IMG/VR virus record: IMGVR_UViG_3300032373_000002
Span: 32,001-96,000 of that record
Strand: one strand, 5' to 3'
Source of the DNA: a virus
Length of the DNA stretch: 64,000 nucleotides
Both the position numbers and the translations under genes were made by a program. A model generated the notes under the pieces. That model had not been told where the DNA came from. It ran no database searches and saw nothing but the letters and a program-made list of their open reading frames with translations. Shown piece by piece: positions 55,934-64,000 of the stretch. Position 1 is the stretch's first letter, and each line of letters begins with the position of its first letter.

Positions 55934-56254
55934 GTGAGCGACTACGACCCCAAGAAAGACCCCGTCGAGAAGCTCCTCCACGCTTGGATGCTGTACCGCT
56001 CCAACAGGGGTCCTGCCAAGGATTCCTTCCAAGCCTACTTCAATGAGAGGGCGGAGGAAGATTTTCGGACCTCCTTGGACGAAGGGCTGGAAGCCCTGGC
56101 AGAACGCTACCAGGCCCTGCAGAACCTCACTCGCCAGACCATCAACAAGGCCGAGGACTATCCGGGCTACAGCTTCCGGCGGGACGACGTGGCCTGCGAG
56201 ATGCTGAGGGAATTGAGCAGGATCCTCCAGATCGGGATGCCCGAGGGTGAGTAG
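55934..56254 (+). CDS. hypothetical protein
   Basis: AGGAG RBS. Confidence 0.6.
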   Translation: MSDYDPKKDPVEKLLHAWMLYRSNRGPAKDSFQAYFNERAEEDFRTSLDEGLEALAERYQALQNLTRQTINKAEDYPGYSFRRDDVACEMLRELSRILQIGMPEGE

Positions 56255-56361
56255 GCACACCCTCGGAGGCAAGGTTGTTCCAGGTTGCCGAGAAAAGTGC
56301 GGCAGAGGTCGAGGCGTGCGGCGCGGCTCTGTGCGCACTGCTGGACCCCGAGGAGTAGCGA

Positions 56362-57132
56362 ATGACCAAGCGGAAAGGGACCAGCCTCTGCAGCCTCTGG
56401 AAAGCCGAAGGCCAACACCGAGAGCAAGCAATCGAACTGGCTGAGGCTTTGGGCGGACATTACAAGAGGTTGATGGGTGAGGTGCTCCTACACCACGAAG
56501 GGTTGAGGAGGCCGAACCAGATTGAAGCCTTGACGCACTCGCGGAGCTACCTTGATGAGCGAAAACACCCAGTGGGGTCGCACCCTCTGCCAGATGTGGG
56601 AAGCCGGAGGAGAACAACGTACGCAAGCCTTGGAGCTGAGTCGCACATTGGGAGGGGAGCTTGAGCTGGTAATGGCGCGGGTTCAACGACACCAAGAAGA
56701 TTGCGAGGAGGCGATGGCCAGGTCCTTAGCGTATGCCGATAAAAGTCTGCATTCCTTGAGGAACCGGGCATCCTTAGAAGCCGAAACGGCTTGGGACCTC
56801 CGCCAGGAAGCGCTCAACGACCTCCTCAACGTACCAAGATGACTGAGCACCGCCAGCGCTGGGGCCTAACGATCTCCAATCTGTGGAACACGCGGAAGGA
56901 GGGCCAGCGCGCCCAAGCGAAGGAGCTTGCGGAGAGCCTGGGGGGCGAGCATCAACGCCTGATGCGGATAGTCGCCTTCAACCACGAGAGACACAAGCAG
57001 CTGGCCTTGGACGCTCTCGAAGAGAACAAGCAAGGCCAGCTGGGACTTGTGCCCGAGCTCCTCCGGAAGCGCGAAGAACACTGGCGCGCTTACCACAGAG
57101 CCCTGAGAGACCTAAAGACGCTGCCGGACTAA
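56362..57132 (+). CDS. three tandem paralogs (starts 56362, 56555 and 56839)
   Basis: Shared G.T...LW....Q.R.QA.ELA..LGG motif. Confidence 0.65.
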
Positions 57133-57566
57133 CGACCCTTGGTGGCCCTGTAGGACCGGGCCGTGTCGCTGAACCGTGACGCCCCCTCCAGCCAACCACG
57201 GGTCCAGTGGAACTCGTCTTCCATGATCTGGGTGTAGTCGTCAGTGGAGAGCTCGACGACCTTGCTCTGGTCTCGCTCGAACATCCGGATCATCACGTCG
57301 TAAGCCTTGGCCTGGCAAGTGGGCTTGGTGGTGTTGATGCGAACATCCAGGTTGCCGTAGTCCGCTGCGGAGGCTTCGGCGCGGGTCTTCTTGGCTCGAC
57401 GCACGAGGCGATGGTGCTCCTTGAGCGTCTTCTCGAGGTCCACCAAGTAGCCGTCCAGGGCTTCCTGGTACATCTGGAGGTGTTTGATGCGGTTCGCCTT
57501 GAGGGTGGCGAGGATGTCTTCTTTGGTCACCTTAACGGTGAGGTTCAAGCCGCCGATCATGTTCAT
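57129..57566 (-). CDS. hypothetical protein
   Basis: AAGGAG RBS. Confidence 0.7.
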   Translation of the reverse strand: MNMIGGLNLTVKVTKEDILATLKANRIKHLQMYQEALDGYLVDLEKTLKEHHRLVRRAKKTRAEASAADYGNLDVRINTTKPTCQAKAYDVMIRMFERDQSKVVELSTDDYTQIMEDEFHWTRGWLEGASRFSDTARSYRATKGR

Positions 57567-57576
57567 GGGTTCTCCT

Positions 57577-57759
57577 TCAGGAGCCGTAGCCGTCCTTGGC
57601 CCAGCCGCCCCCCTTCAGCACGAAGGAAGTCTGTGAGATTACCCGAGTTGCCTCACCCTTGCAAGCCTCGCACTTCACCGGATCATCGGCTTTTTCGTAC
57701 TTCCTCAGCTTCTCCGTCAGGGACTGGCAGCCCTTACACTTGTACTCGTAGATCGGCAT
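57577..57759 (-). CDS. FmdB-family zinc-ribbon protein
   Basis: MPIYEYKCKGC...CEAC...FVLKGGGWAKDGY. Confidence 0.88.
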   Translation of the reverse strand: MPIYEYKCKGCQSLTEKLRKYEKADDPVKCEACKGEATRVISQTSFVLKGGGWAKDGYGS

Positions 57760-57807
57760 CGCACCCTCCCGTAATTCAAACCTCACTGTACCCGAAGGGG
57801 ACTGCGT

Positions 57808-58218
57808 ATGGAAGGCTTCAAGTCGCCCCGCTGGACGCTCATTGAGGACGTCCGGTTGGCAAGGCTGTTGAATCAGGGGAAGTCAAACCAAGACATCCAC
57901 GCCATACTATTCGAGAACACCGACCGCAACCGCCGAAGCATACAGCGGCGATCCCGCAGGCACTGCAAGGCCAAGAAGTGCTTGAGGTGCGGTGCCCGCC
58001 TGAGAGGGCCAGCCCCCCAGAAGGGCTACAGGGGAACCTACAGCCGGAGGGGAGGCGTATGCAAGGCTTGTATGGGTCCTCGCTTCGAAGCTGCCCTGGT
58101 GACCGAGAAGGCAAGGGAACGGAAGCGTCACTGGGATGAAGACCAAGAGAGCTTCCTCCAGTTCTACAAAACCCAGAGAAGAAAGCGGCTGAGGAGGCTG
58201 CTGGAGCCTCAGAGGTAG
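57808..58218 (+). CDS. possible DNA-binding protein (Myb/HTH-like plus CxxC)
   Basis: WTLIED..L, CLRC, CKAC. Confidence 0.5.
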   Translation: MEGFKSPRWTLIEDVRLARLLNQGKSNQDIHAILFENTDRNRRSIQRRSRRHCKAKKCLRCGARLRGPAPQKGYRGTYSRRGGVCKACMGPRFEAALVTEKARERKRHWDEDQESFLQFYKTQRRKRLRRLLEPQR

Positions 58219-58261
58219 GAAACCTATACGACCCCTGAAGGGGTAACCGTGAGGTCCCAGA

Positions 58262-59017
58262 ATGCCCTTCGCCTCCCCCGCATCCGCCCTGAAGCCTCTG
58301 GTAGGTGCCTGGGTAACCGTCGACTGGTCTTCGGGGTCGATCTTGACCTATGACTCAGGCAGCCTGGACAACGGGAGTGCTCTCCAGCCCAGCGGAGCGC
58401 TCCGGCTGAGCCACACCGGAGGCCCCAGCCAGCTCACTACAGGAGACGCCGATCCTCGAACGGGGATCGGGTGGTTCCTGCCGGTGACGCTCCCCAAGGA
58501 CATCGACTTCCGTCGCTACGAGTTCTGGATGCGCGGGTTCATCAACATGCCCAACGGAACCTACGGCACGGGGGCGACCGCTTCTTTGGTCATGAAAGCC
58601 TCGAACACCCCCGAGTTCGATGCCGGGTTCGTGTACTCCGCAGCGGCTCGCCGCCAAGAAGCCGGCGACACCATCGAAAACATCACACTGGCCGAAGACA
58701 ACGCTGCGGACCCGGTGGCAGGTAGCGGGGACGACCCCTACATCAGCTTCAACATCAGCGAGGGCGGCACCGCCACCCCCACAAGACCGACAAGCTCTGC
58801 CCAGTACTTCAGTCCGAACAACTTCCTGCTCAGCGACCAGATCAACGGGAGTCGCCAAGTCGGAACCAAGACCACCGACCGCTGGGACCTGACCAGCACC
58901 CGGATCTATTGGGTGGGGTGCTGGCTCAGCACCAACAACGCTGCCATCTCAGCGTTCACCGTAGACTTCGAGCAGGTTCAGTACCGCTTCATCGACCGCT
59001 TCCCGGAAGACCCCTGA
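58262..59017 (+). CDS. beta-rich protein, possibly virion-associated
   Basis: S/T/G-rich; upstream CCTATA. Confidence 0.55.
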   Translation: MPFASPASALKPLVGAWVTVDWSSGSILTYDSGSLDNGSALQPSGALRLSHTGGPSQLTTGDADPRTGIGWFLPVTLPKDIDFRRYEFWMRGFINMPNGTYGTGATASLVMKASNTPEFDAGFVYSAAARRQEAGDTIENITLAEDNAADPVAGSGDDPYISFNISEGGTATPTRPTSSAQYFSPNNFLLSDQINGSRQVGTKTTDRWDLTSTRIYWVGCWLSTNNAAISAFTVDFEQVQYRFIDRFPEDP

Positions 59018-59027
59018 GCCCTGAGCC

Positions 59028-59441
59028 CTACCCGAGCTCTTCTTCCAGCTTGTGCATGACCTCATCGCCAAGGAACTGGCTCCACTCGTGGTCGTTGAAG
59101 TTGACGTCGCCCAGCCCTCGGGGCTTCTTGACCTTTTCAACGATGGCATACTTGGCTGGGACATCTCGCGGGGGTCCTGCCATGAACACGAGGCGGGCCG
59201 GGGCGATGTTGTCTTCGGGGCTGCTGCGCCCCGGAACGAAGTAGATGCCGTAGCGGTTGCCACCGGCATTGATCTCAATGCCCTTGAAGTCCACCTTGAC
59301 GCGGGCCGGGAGTCCCAGGTCACGGCGCAAGAACATCCGGATCTCGTCTGCAGCGAGATTCAGGCGCTCCATTTCCCGCTTGTACGTGACTTCATCGCGG
59401 GTCAGGCCCTCTTGCTCCAAGATCTTGGACAGCTTGTTCAT
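59028..59441 (-). CDS. protein with MNKLSKILEQEGL leader
   Basis: GGAGG RBS; upstream CTTATGG. Confidence 0.72.
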   Translation of the reverse strand: MNKLSKILEQEGLTRDEVTYKREMERLNLAADEIRMFLRRDLGLPARVKVDFKGIEINAGGNRYGIYFVPGRSSPEDNIAPARLVFMAGPPRDVPAKYAIVEKVKKPRGLGDVNFNDHEWSQFLGDEVMHKLEEELG

Positions 59442-59506
59442 GAGGAGTCCTCCTTGCCCCGCCGTTGCCATAAGCAAAACACTCAGAAAACTTATGGCGT
59501 CCTGAC

Positions 59507-59523
59507 CGTAATACGGTATTACG
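59507..59523. promoter_or_regulatory. palindromic operator candidate
   Basis: CGTAATAC-G-GTATTACG immediately upstream of an RHH gene. Confidence 0.55.
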
Positions 59524-59531
59524 AATAGCGT

Positions 59532-59843
59532 ATGCCGAAGAAGATGCTGAGCTTCCGCGTCCCACCTGAGATGCTGGAGGCGATCAACCAACGCTGCGCC
59601 GAAGAGGTCGAAGCCGGAAGGTTCAAGAACCGAAACCAGGTCTTGGAGACGGTCATGGGGGAGTGGCTGGGCAACCGCTATATCCCCATGCCCGACGCCT
59701 TCCCCGCTGAGGTTCAAGGACAGGACCTCCGAAGTGCCTTCGTTGACTTCATCGCCGCAGCGCACAACATGCTGGAAGGGGAGCCGGGATCGACCCAGAA
59801 CCCGTTCCTCATCTGCCCGCCAAGCTCCAAGGAGAAACCATGA
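59532..59843 (+). CDS. ribbon-helix-helix (CopG/Arc-like) regulator
   Basis: MLSFRVPPEMLEAI...GRFKNRNQVL. Confidence 0.75.
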   Translation: MPKKMLSFRVPPEMLEAINQRCAEEVEAGRFKNRNQVLETVMGEWLGNRYIPMPDAFPAEVQGQDLRSAFVDFIAAAHNMLEGEPGSTQNPFLICPPSSKEKP

Positions 59844-60634
59844 AGCTCGAGATCCTGATGGGAGGGGAACCCCTCCGCCAAATCCAGCACGAGGGCAGGA
59901 CGTTCGTCCTCGTCCCCGAAGCAGGCCCCTACGCCATCCGCATCACGGGTGAGATGCAGGCTGCGCGGATCTACTCTGCAGTCAAGGCGGCAACCCGTGC
60001 CAAGGCCGTCATCACGGTGGACGGTCGGAACATCATCGACGGGGAGCCGGGGGCATACGACGGCTACGGCTACATGGTCGAGGGCACCCAGAGCTATACC
60101 ATAGAAGGGTGGAGAGGTGACACAGGGAAGGGCAACCGCTTCTCCTTCGGGGAAGAGGAACTGGGATACAACGCCCGCATGGGCCAGTCGACATCCAATG
60201 ACGGGGTGATCGGCGTGGCGGTCATGAGAGAGAAGCGGGTCCGGATCCAGCAGCCCGCCCCGAGGTACAATTTCATCAGTGAGGGTCCGCACGGCAACCC
60301 CATCCGCGCCCAGGGAACGCTGGCATCCGCGCCCACCGCCGCCTCCCTCGGAGAAGAGCCGCTGGCCCAGAAGGCCAGCGGGAGGTTGACCCGTTCCCGG
60401 AAGTCCCTCAAGAAGATGAGCACCGGTTTCGGAGAAGAGGTCGAGATGCACACGCGAGAGGTCACCGGCTACAAGTTCGAGCAGAAGCCTGCGCAGGTCC
60501 TCCAGGTCACCTACGGCAGCCGGGAACAGCTGGAAGAGTGGGGTGTTCCCGTTCCTCCCCCGCTGCCCGACTTCGACGCCTTCCCCGGCTCCAAGTCTGT
60601 GCGGGTCCCGGCCCCACCCCCGTTGAGGAAGTGA
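59840..60634 (+). CDS. hypothetical protein
   Basis: VDGRNII..G..GY, I.GWR, GVIGVAV..E; AAGGAG RBS. Confidence 0.7.
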   Translation: MKLEILMGGEPLRQIQHEGRTFVLVPEAGPYAIRITGEMQAARIYSAVKAATRAKAVITVDGRNIIDGEPGAYDGYGYMVEGTQSYTIEGWRGDTGKGNRFSFGEEELGYNARMGQSTSNDGVIGVAVMREKRVRIQQPAPRYNFISEGPHGNPIRAQGTLASAPTAASLGEEPLAQKASGRLTRSRKSLKKMSTGFGEEVEMHTREVTGYKFEQKPAQVLQVTYGSREQLEEWGVPVPPPLPDFDAFPGSKSVRVPAPPPLRK

Positions 60635-60636
60635 GG

Positions 60637-60897
60637 ATGGGGGAAAAGATCGTCGAGATCCCCTGCGACCCTGGCACCGAGGACTACGGGCGAGGCTTCG
60701 AGCGGGCACTGAGGCAGCTGGAGGAGGCAAGGAAGCTGACCGGGCCGCTCAAGCCTGCGCTTCCCCCGTCCCAGAAGCTCAAGGACTTCGTGGGGGGCGG
60801 GTGCTCCTGCTTCAACATCGACTGGGGCAACGCAACGGTCGTCGGGTACGTCTGCCCCAACCCCAACTGCCCAAGCCGAATCCGTTGTAGCTGGTGA
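60637..60897 (+). CDS. small Cys-rich protein
   Basis: CSC...CPNPNC. Confidence 0.55.
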   Translation: MGEKIVEIPCDPGTEDYGRGFERALRQLEEARKLTGPLKPALPPSQKLKDFVGGGCSCFNIDWGNATVVGYVCPNPNCPSRIRCSW

Positions 60898-60936
60898 CTG
60901 GGGATCCAGTAAGCCTTCTCCGAAGGGGGCTTACGC

Positions 60937-61554
60937 ATGCACGGAAGCGCAACCAGCTACAGCATCGCAGCCCCAGGCGGGGAGATCCTCTTCCGCGAGA
61001 TGTCCCGCTTGAAGGTGTCCAGTCCCGTGCTGGGTCTTCACTATTTGGTGAGCCTGGAAGACCAAGAAGGTCACGGGGCGCGGGTTCTCGTCCGTCAGCC
61101 GACCTACCCTGACGGAGACTGGGTCTCCAAGGGGGCGGCGGAGATGTTGCGTGAACTACTGGGCAAGCACGAGCTGCCCATAGCAGAGGCTTGCCGATAC
61201 TTGGAGGTCGACCTTCTGGGGTTTCAATGCAGGCATCAGATGCTTGCGGCGGAAGACAAGAAGAAGGTGGCGCGGGAGCTCCTGGATGGGTACGACATCC
61301 TCCAGCGAGTGTCTTGGCGGTTTTATGGGGACCGGCTGACTCACCTGGCCCCCGTAAGGACGTCCGCCGAATGGTCTACTGTGGTTGAGGCCTGCGTCAG
61401 CCCCTGCGTGCAGGTCTACCTCAAGCTGCCCGAGGGCTTGCCCTTCCGGCTGGCCTTGAACCGTGCAGGGCACTTGTCGATCCAAGGCTCAGTGCTGGGG
61501 TTCATCCGCTGGGCAGACCGTAACAAGGTCTGTATCCAAGACCAGGAAAGGTAA
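60937..61554 (+). CDS. hypothetical protein
   Basis: 205-aa ORF. Confidence 0.6.
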   Translation: MHGSATSYSIAAPGGEILFREMSRLKVSSPVLGLHYLVSLEDQEGHGARVLVRQPTYPDGDWVSKGAAEMLRELLGKHELPIAEACRYLEVDLLGFQCRHQMLAAEDKKKVARELLDGYDILQRVSWRFYGDRLTHLAPVRTSAEWSTVVEACVSPCVQVYLKLPEGLPFRLALNRAGHLSIQGSVLGFIRWADRNKVCIQDQER

Positions 61555-62256
61555 ATGAGCATCCCCATTCGAGACAGCCTGATAGCACTCATGCGGAAGC
61601 ACTGGGCGACCTGGGTCGAGAAAGCATTCGACGGGAACTACACCTTCCTGGTCCACCCCATCAGCCGAGAGGGGATCGCCTTCGGCTTCGACGAGGACAC
61701 GGACGAGGACGAGTTCTTGCGGCAAGCCGAGATGCTGCTGGACACCGAAGGCACCCGCGCCCTCCCTCAAGGGGAGGTGCTCTGGAAAATCGCCCGCCAA
61801 GCTGCCCAGCACGAATACATCCTGACCAAGGGTGAGATCGAGCTCGCCGCCTTCACGGCCGAGTGCGAAGACCACACCGAAGAGATCAAAGTGCCGGAGG
61901 TCCTCGCCTTGGCCGAGTGGGTCCGAGACCCCAGCCGTCCAGGCCACTTCCACTTCATCCCGCGAGAGGCAGACCGAGGGATGCTGCAGAAGCTGGTACA
62001 GCTCTGCCCGCCACTGCCCCGCGTGATCGGAGACTACATCAAGGCATTCGGGTCTTGCACCTCCGACGGCCGGGACCTCCCGGTGCTGATGTTCCGCAGC
62101 CAGATCGAGGCCACCCAGTTCTTCCGCCGGTTGAACCTGACAGCGGACGTGAGCCCCGAATACCAAGCGCGGTTGCTGGAGGTCGAGATCGAGTACGCCG
62201 AGCAAAGCCTGGCCGAGAAGAAAAGGAAGCTGGCTGCCCTTCGGGGGGAGGCATGA
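61555..62256 (+). CDS. hypothetical protein
   Basis: Coupled ORF. Confidence 0.65.
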   Translation: MSIPIRDSLIALMRKHWATWVEKAFDGNYTFLVHPISREGIAFGFDEDTDEDEFLRQAEMLLDTEGTRALPQGEVLWKIARQAAQHEYILTKGEIELAAFTAECEDHTEEIKVPEVLALAEWVRDPSRPGHFHFIPREADRGMLQKLVQLCPPLPRVIGDYIKAFGSCTSDGRDLPVLMFRSQIEATQFFRRLNLTADVSPEYQARLLEVEIEYAEQSLAEKKRKLAALRGEA

Positions 62257-62900
62257 CGCTCCGCTTCTTCGACTGGTTCTTGGGGCTGTTCGGATACCAC
62301 CGCATGGAAAAACCTGCGGCGTTGCCGATGCCCGTGACCCAGATCCCCGAGACCGCCGTCCTCTTCATTCCCGAAGAGCCCAGCCCGGAAGAGGTGGCGG
62401 ACCTCATCCATGCCGTCGCCCAAGACCACGAGATGCTGGAGTGGTACGACACGGAGGGGTGGCACCTGCTGAAGAACCCTCACCGCTTCGACCTGGACCG
62501 GGACCGGAAGCTCCCGATCATCGAGACCGAAGATGGGAAGCAATGGGAAGCCGTGCCGCGTTGGCGGGAGACCGACTGGGTCTACCTCGAAGCGGGGGGT
62601 GATGCCCCGGCACGTCCCCGCCCCCAACTGAAAGCAGACGCGACGCCCCGTGCTGTAGAGATGCGGTGTTGGAGACCAGGGGGGAGCCAGCTCACCCCTG
62701 CGTTCCTCAGCCGGTCGGTGTTCATCGCAACCTACGGGTTCGACCCGATGGGGCGCTACCACGAACGGGTCCGCAAGCAGCGCGCAGGACTCGAAGCGAA
62801 GCGCTTCTACCAAGAGGTCCTGGAGAGCGGGGACATCAAGCGCATGAAAGCCCACGCGCGAAAACTGGAAATGAAACTTCGAAGCCTTCGGCGTCAATGA
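62253..62900 (+). CDS. hypothetical protein
   Basis: GGAGG RBS, ATGA coupling. Confidence 0.65.
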   Translation: MTLRFFDWFLGLFGYHRMEKPAALPMPVTQIPETAVLFIPEEPSPEEVADLIHAVAQDHEMLEWYDTEGWHLLKNPHRFDLDRDRKLPIIETEDGKQWEAVPRWRETDWVYLEAGGDAPARPRPQLKADATPRAVEMRCWRPGGSQLTPAFLSRSVFIATYGFDPMGRYHERVRKQRAGLEAKRFYQEVLESGDIKRMKAHARKLEMKLRSLRRQ

Positions 62901-63043
62901 TGAGGGGCATCCACTCCAAGAAACGGTGACTGGTTGATCGTGATGTTGTTTTCGGTGCGGGCCAAGAGGCTGGGCAGGAGAGTTTCCTCATGAGTCTCTA
63001 CCGAAGTCGGCACGGTAAACGGAACGGGACAGAAGGAGACACC

Positions 63044-63760
63044 ATGGAAGACAACATCGACAGGCAGGTAGAAGACCTGTTCCTCCGCTACGGCATCGAA
63101 AACACCGAGGTGACCCCCATCCGCGGAGGGCCGACCCTGTTCGAGTTCTGGAACAAGGGCTACCGCTGCTTCTTCGTGGCGGGAGACTTCGAGGGCGACG
63201 AGGTCCTCCACCGAGCATCGATCTTGGCGGGCGGTCTCCCCAAGGATTTCCCCTTCCGGGAAGACAACTACGCTGCCGTGGTCGCCCAGGAGAAGCTCCG
63301 ATGGCAGAAGTGGCAGCACATCCGGGAGCGGGATGCCCTGAGCTGCGAAGTAGGACTCGTCGGGACCCGGATGGGACTCAAGAACGTCATCGCCGAAACC
63401 GACTGGATGGAGATGCCCAAGAAGTACTCCGGGCTCAACTACATCCCCACGCCCGAGTACCGGGAGAAGTGGCGGGCGATGCGGACGGTGTGGCCCAACA
63501 AAGAAGGAGACTTCTGGATCCCCAGCGGCAGCTACATCGCCCTCCACGGGGTGCGGCTGTGCGTCGAGTCAGGCTACGGGGTGCGGCTGAGGGTCCGACG
63601 TCCGGAAGATGCCGTGAACATGTTCGCCGACTTGAGGGCCACCTACAGCTACAACGACCCGAAGGGTGAGCGGAAGCGCAACCTTCGCACGGAACTCCAG
63701 AGACTGAGGGAGCAGGTAGAGGTGAGGGAGCGCGAGCTGCGCTCCCTGGAGGGCAAGTAG
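63044..63760 (+). CDS. hypothetical protein
   Basis: AAGGAG RBS. Confidence 0.65.
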   Translation: MEDNIDRQVEDLFLRYGIENTEVTPIRGGPTLFEFWNKGYRCFFVAGDFEGDEVLHRASILAGGLPKDFPFREDNYAAVVAQEKLRWQKWQHIRERDALSCEVGLVGTRMGLKNVIAETDWMEMPKKYSGLNYIPTPEYREKWRAMRTVWPNKEGDFWIPSGSYIALHGVRLCVESGYGVRLRVRRPEDAVNMFADLRATYSYNDPKGERKRNLRTELQRLREQVEVRERELRSLEGK

Positions 63761-64000
63761 AATGACGCTGAGTCAGACCGTGATGATCGCAGTCCTGTTC
63801 CTGTTCACCGTCGGGTTCGCGCGGGAGCTGCGCGTGTTCACCGTGGACCGAATGCCGCTGCCGGACGCGCGGGGCCGGTTCCTGGCCACCTTCTATGGGG
63901 GATGACATCGAAGAGAAACTGTTCCAGGTCCAGCAGGCCCTGGATCCAGTCCTCCCAAAGATGAAATACACCAATCGCACTCTCCGGGTCCAGATCCTGG

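Noticed and set aside
1-64000. Stop-codon reassignment
   Set aside because: Recognisable genes are full length with the standard code, and no CTA, TTA or TCA suppressor tRNA was found

Overview
A GC-rich, gene-dense segment that looks like a large (jumbo-type) tailed phage genome. No host housekeeping operons are present, and MopE-type repeats hint at a myxobacterium-like host. The left end carries probable virion genes. These are followed by an ADP-ribosylglycohydrolase, a TET/JBP-type dioxygenase, a NUDIX hydrolase and many small hypothetical ORFs. An RNA-gene region (14.2-26 kb and 35.9-36.5 kb) holds about 11 ordinary tRNAs, a Seg-like GIY-YIG endonuclease and many aberrant tRNA-like RNAs. 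Four of these have a conserved structured module ending in CCTACAAGC inserted in the variable loop, and two more copies of the module are fused to tRNA 5' ends. Three large RNAs are capped by an acceptor stem plus T-arm, one of them with three T-arms. Others have extended anticodon or D arms, or Ser-like bodies with Pro or Phe anticodons. The window also encodes RNase Z, AlkB, a metallophosphoesterase, dCTP deaminase, a frameshift-split bL12-like protein and a DNA adenine methylase. A dispersed ubiquitin-like conjugation set (vWA/TROVE-like, E2-like, JAB, Ubl ending FG-A, ThiF/E1) lies at 39.7-47 kb. Seven unrelated proteins, including an ART-fold enzyme, share an N-terminal MNKLxxILxxEGL leader that may target them to the capsid. 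All calls come from reading motifs and base-pairing by eye. No searches or folding programs were run.
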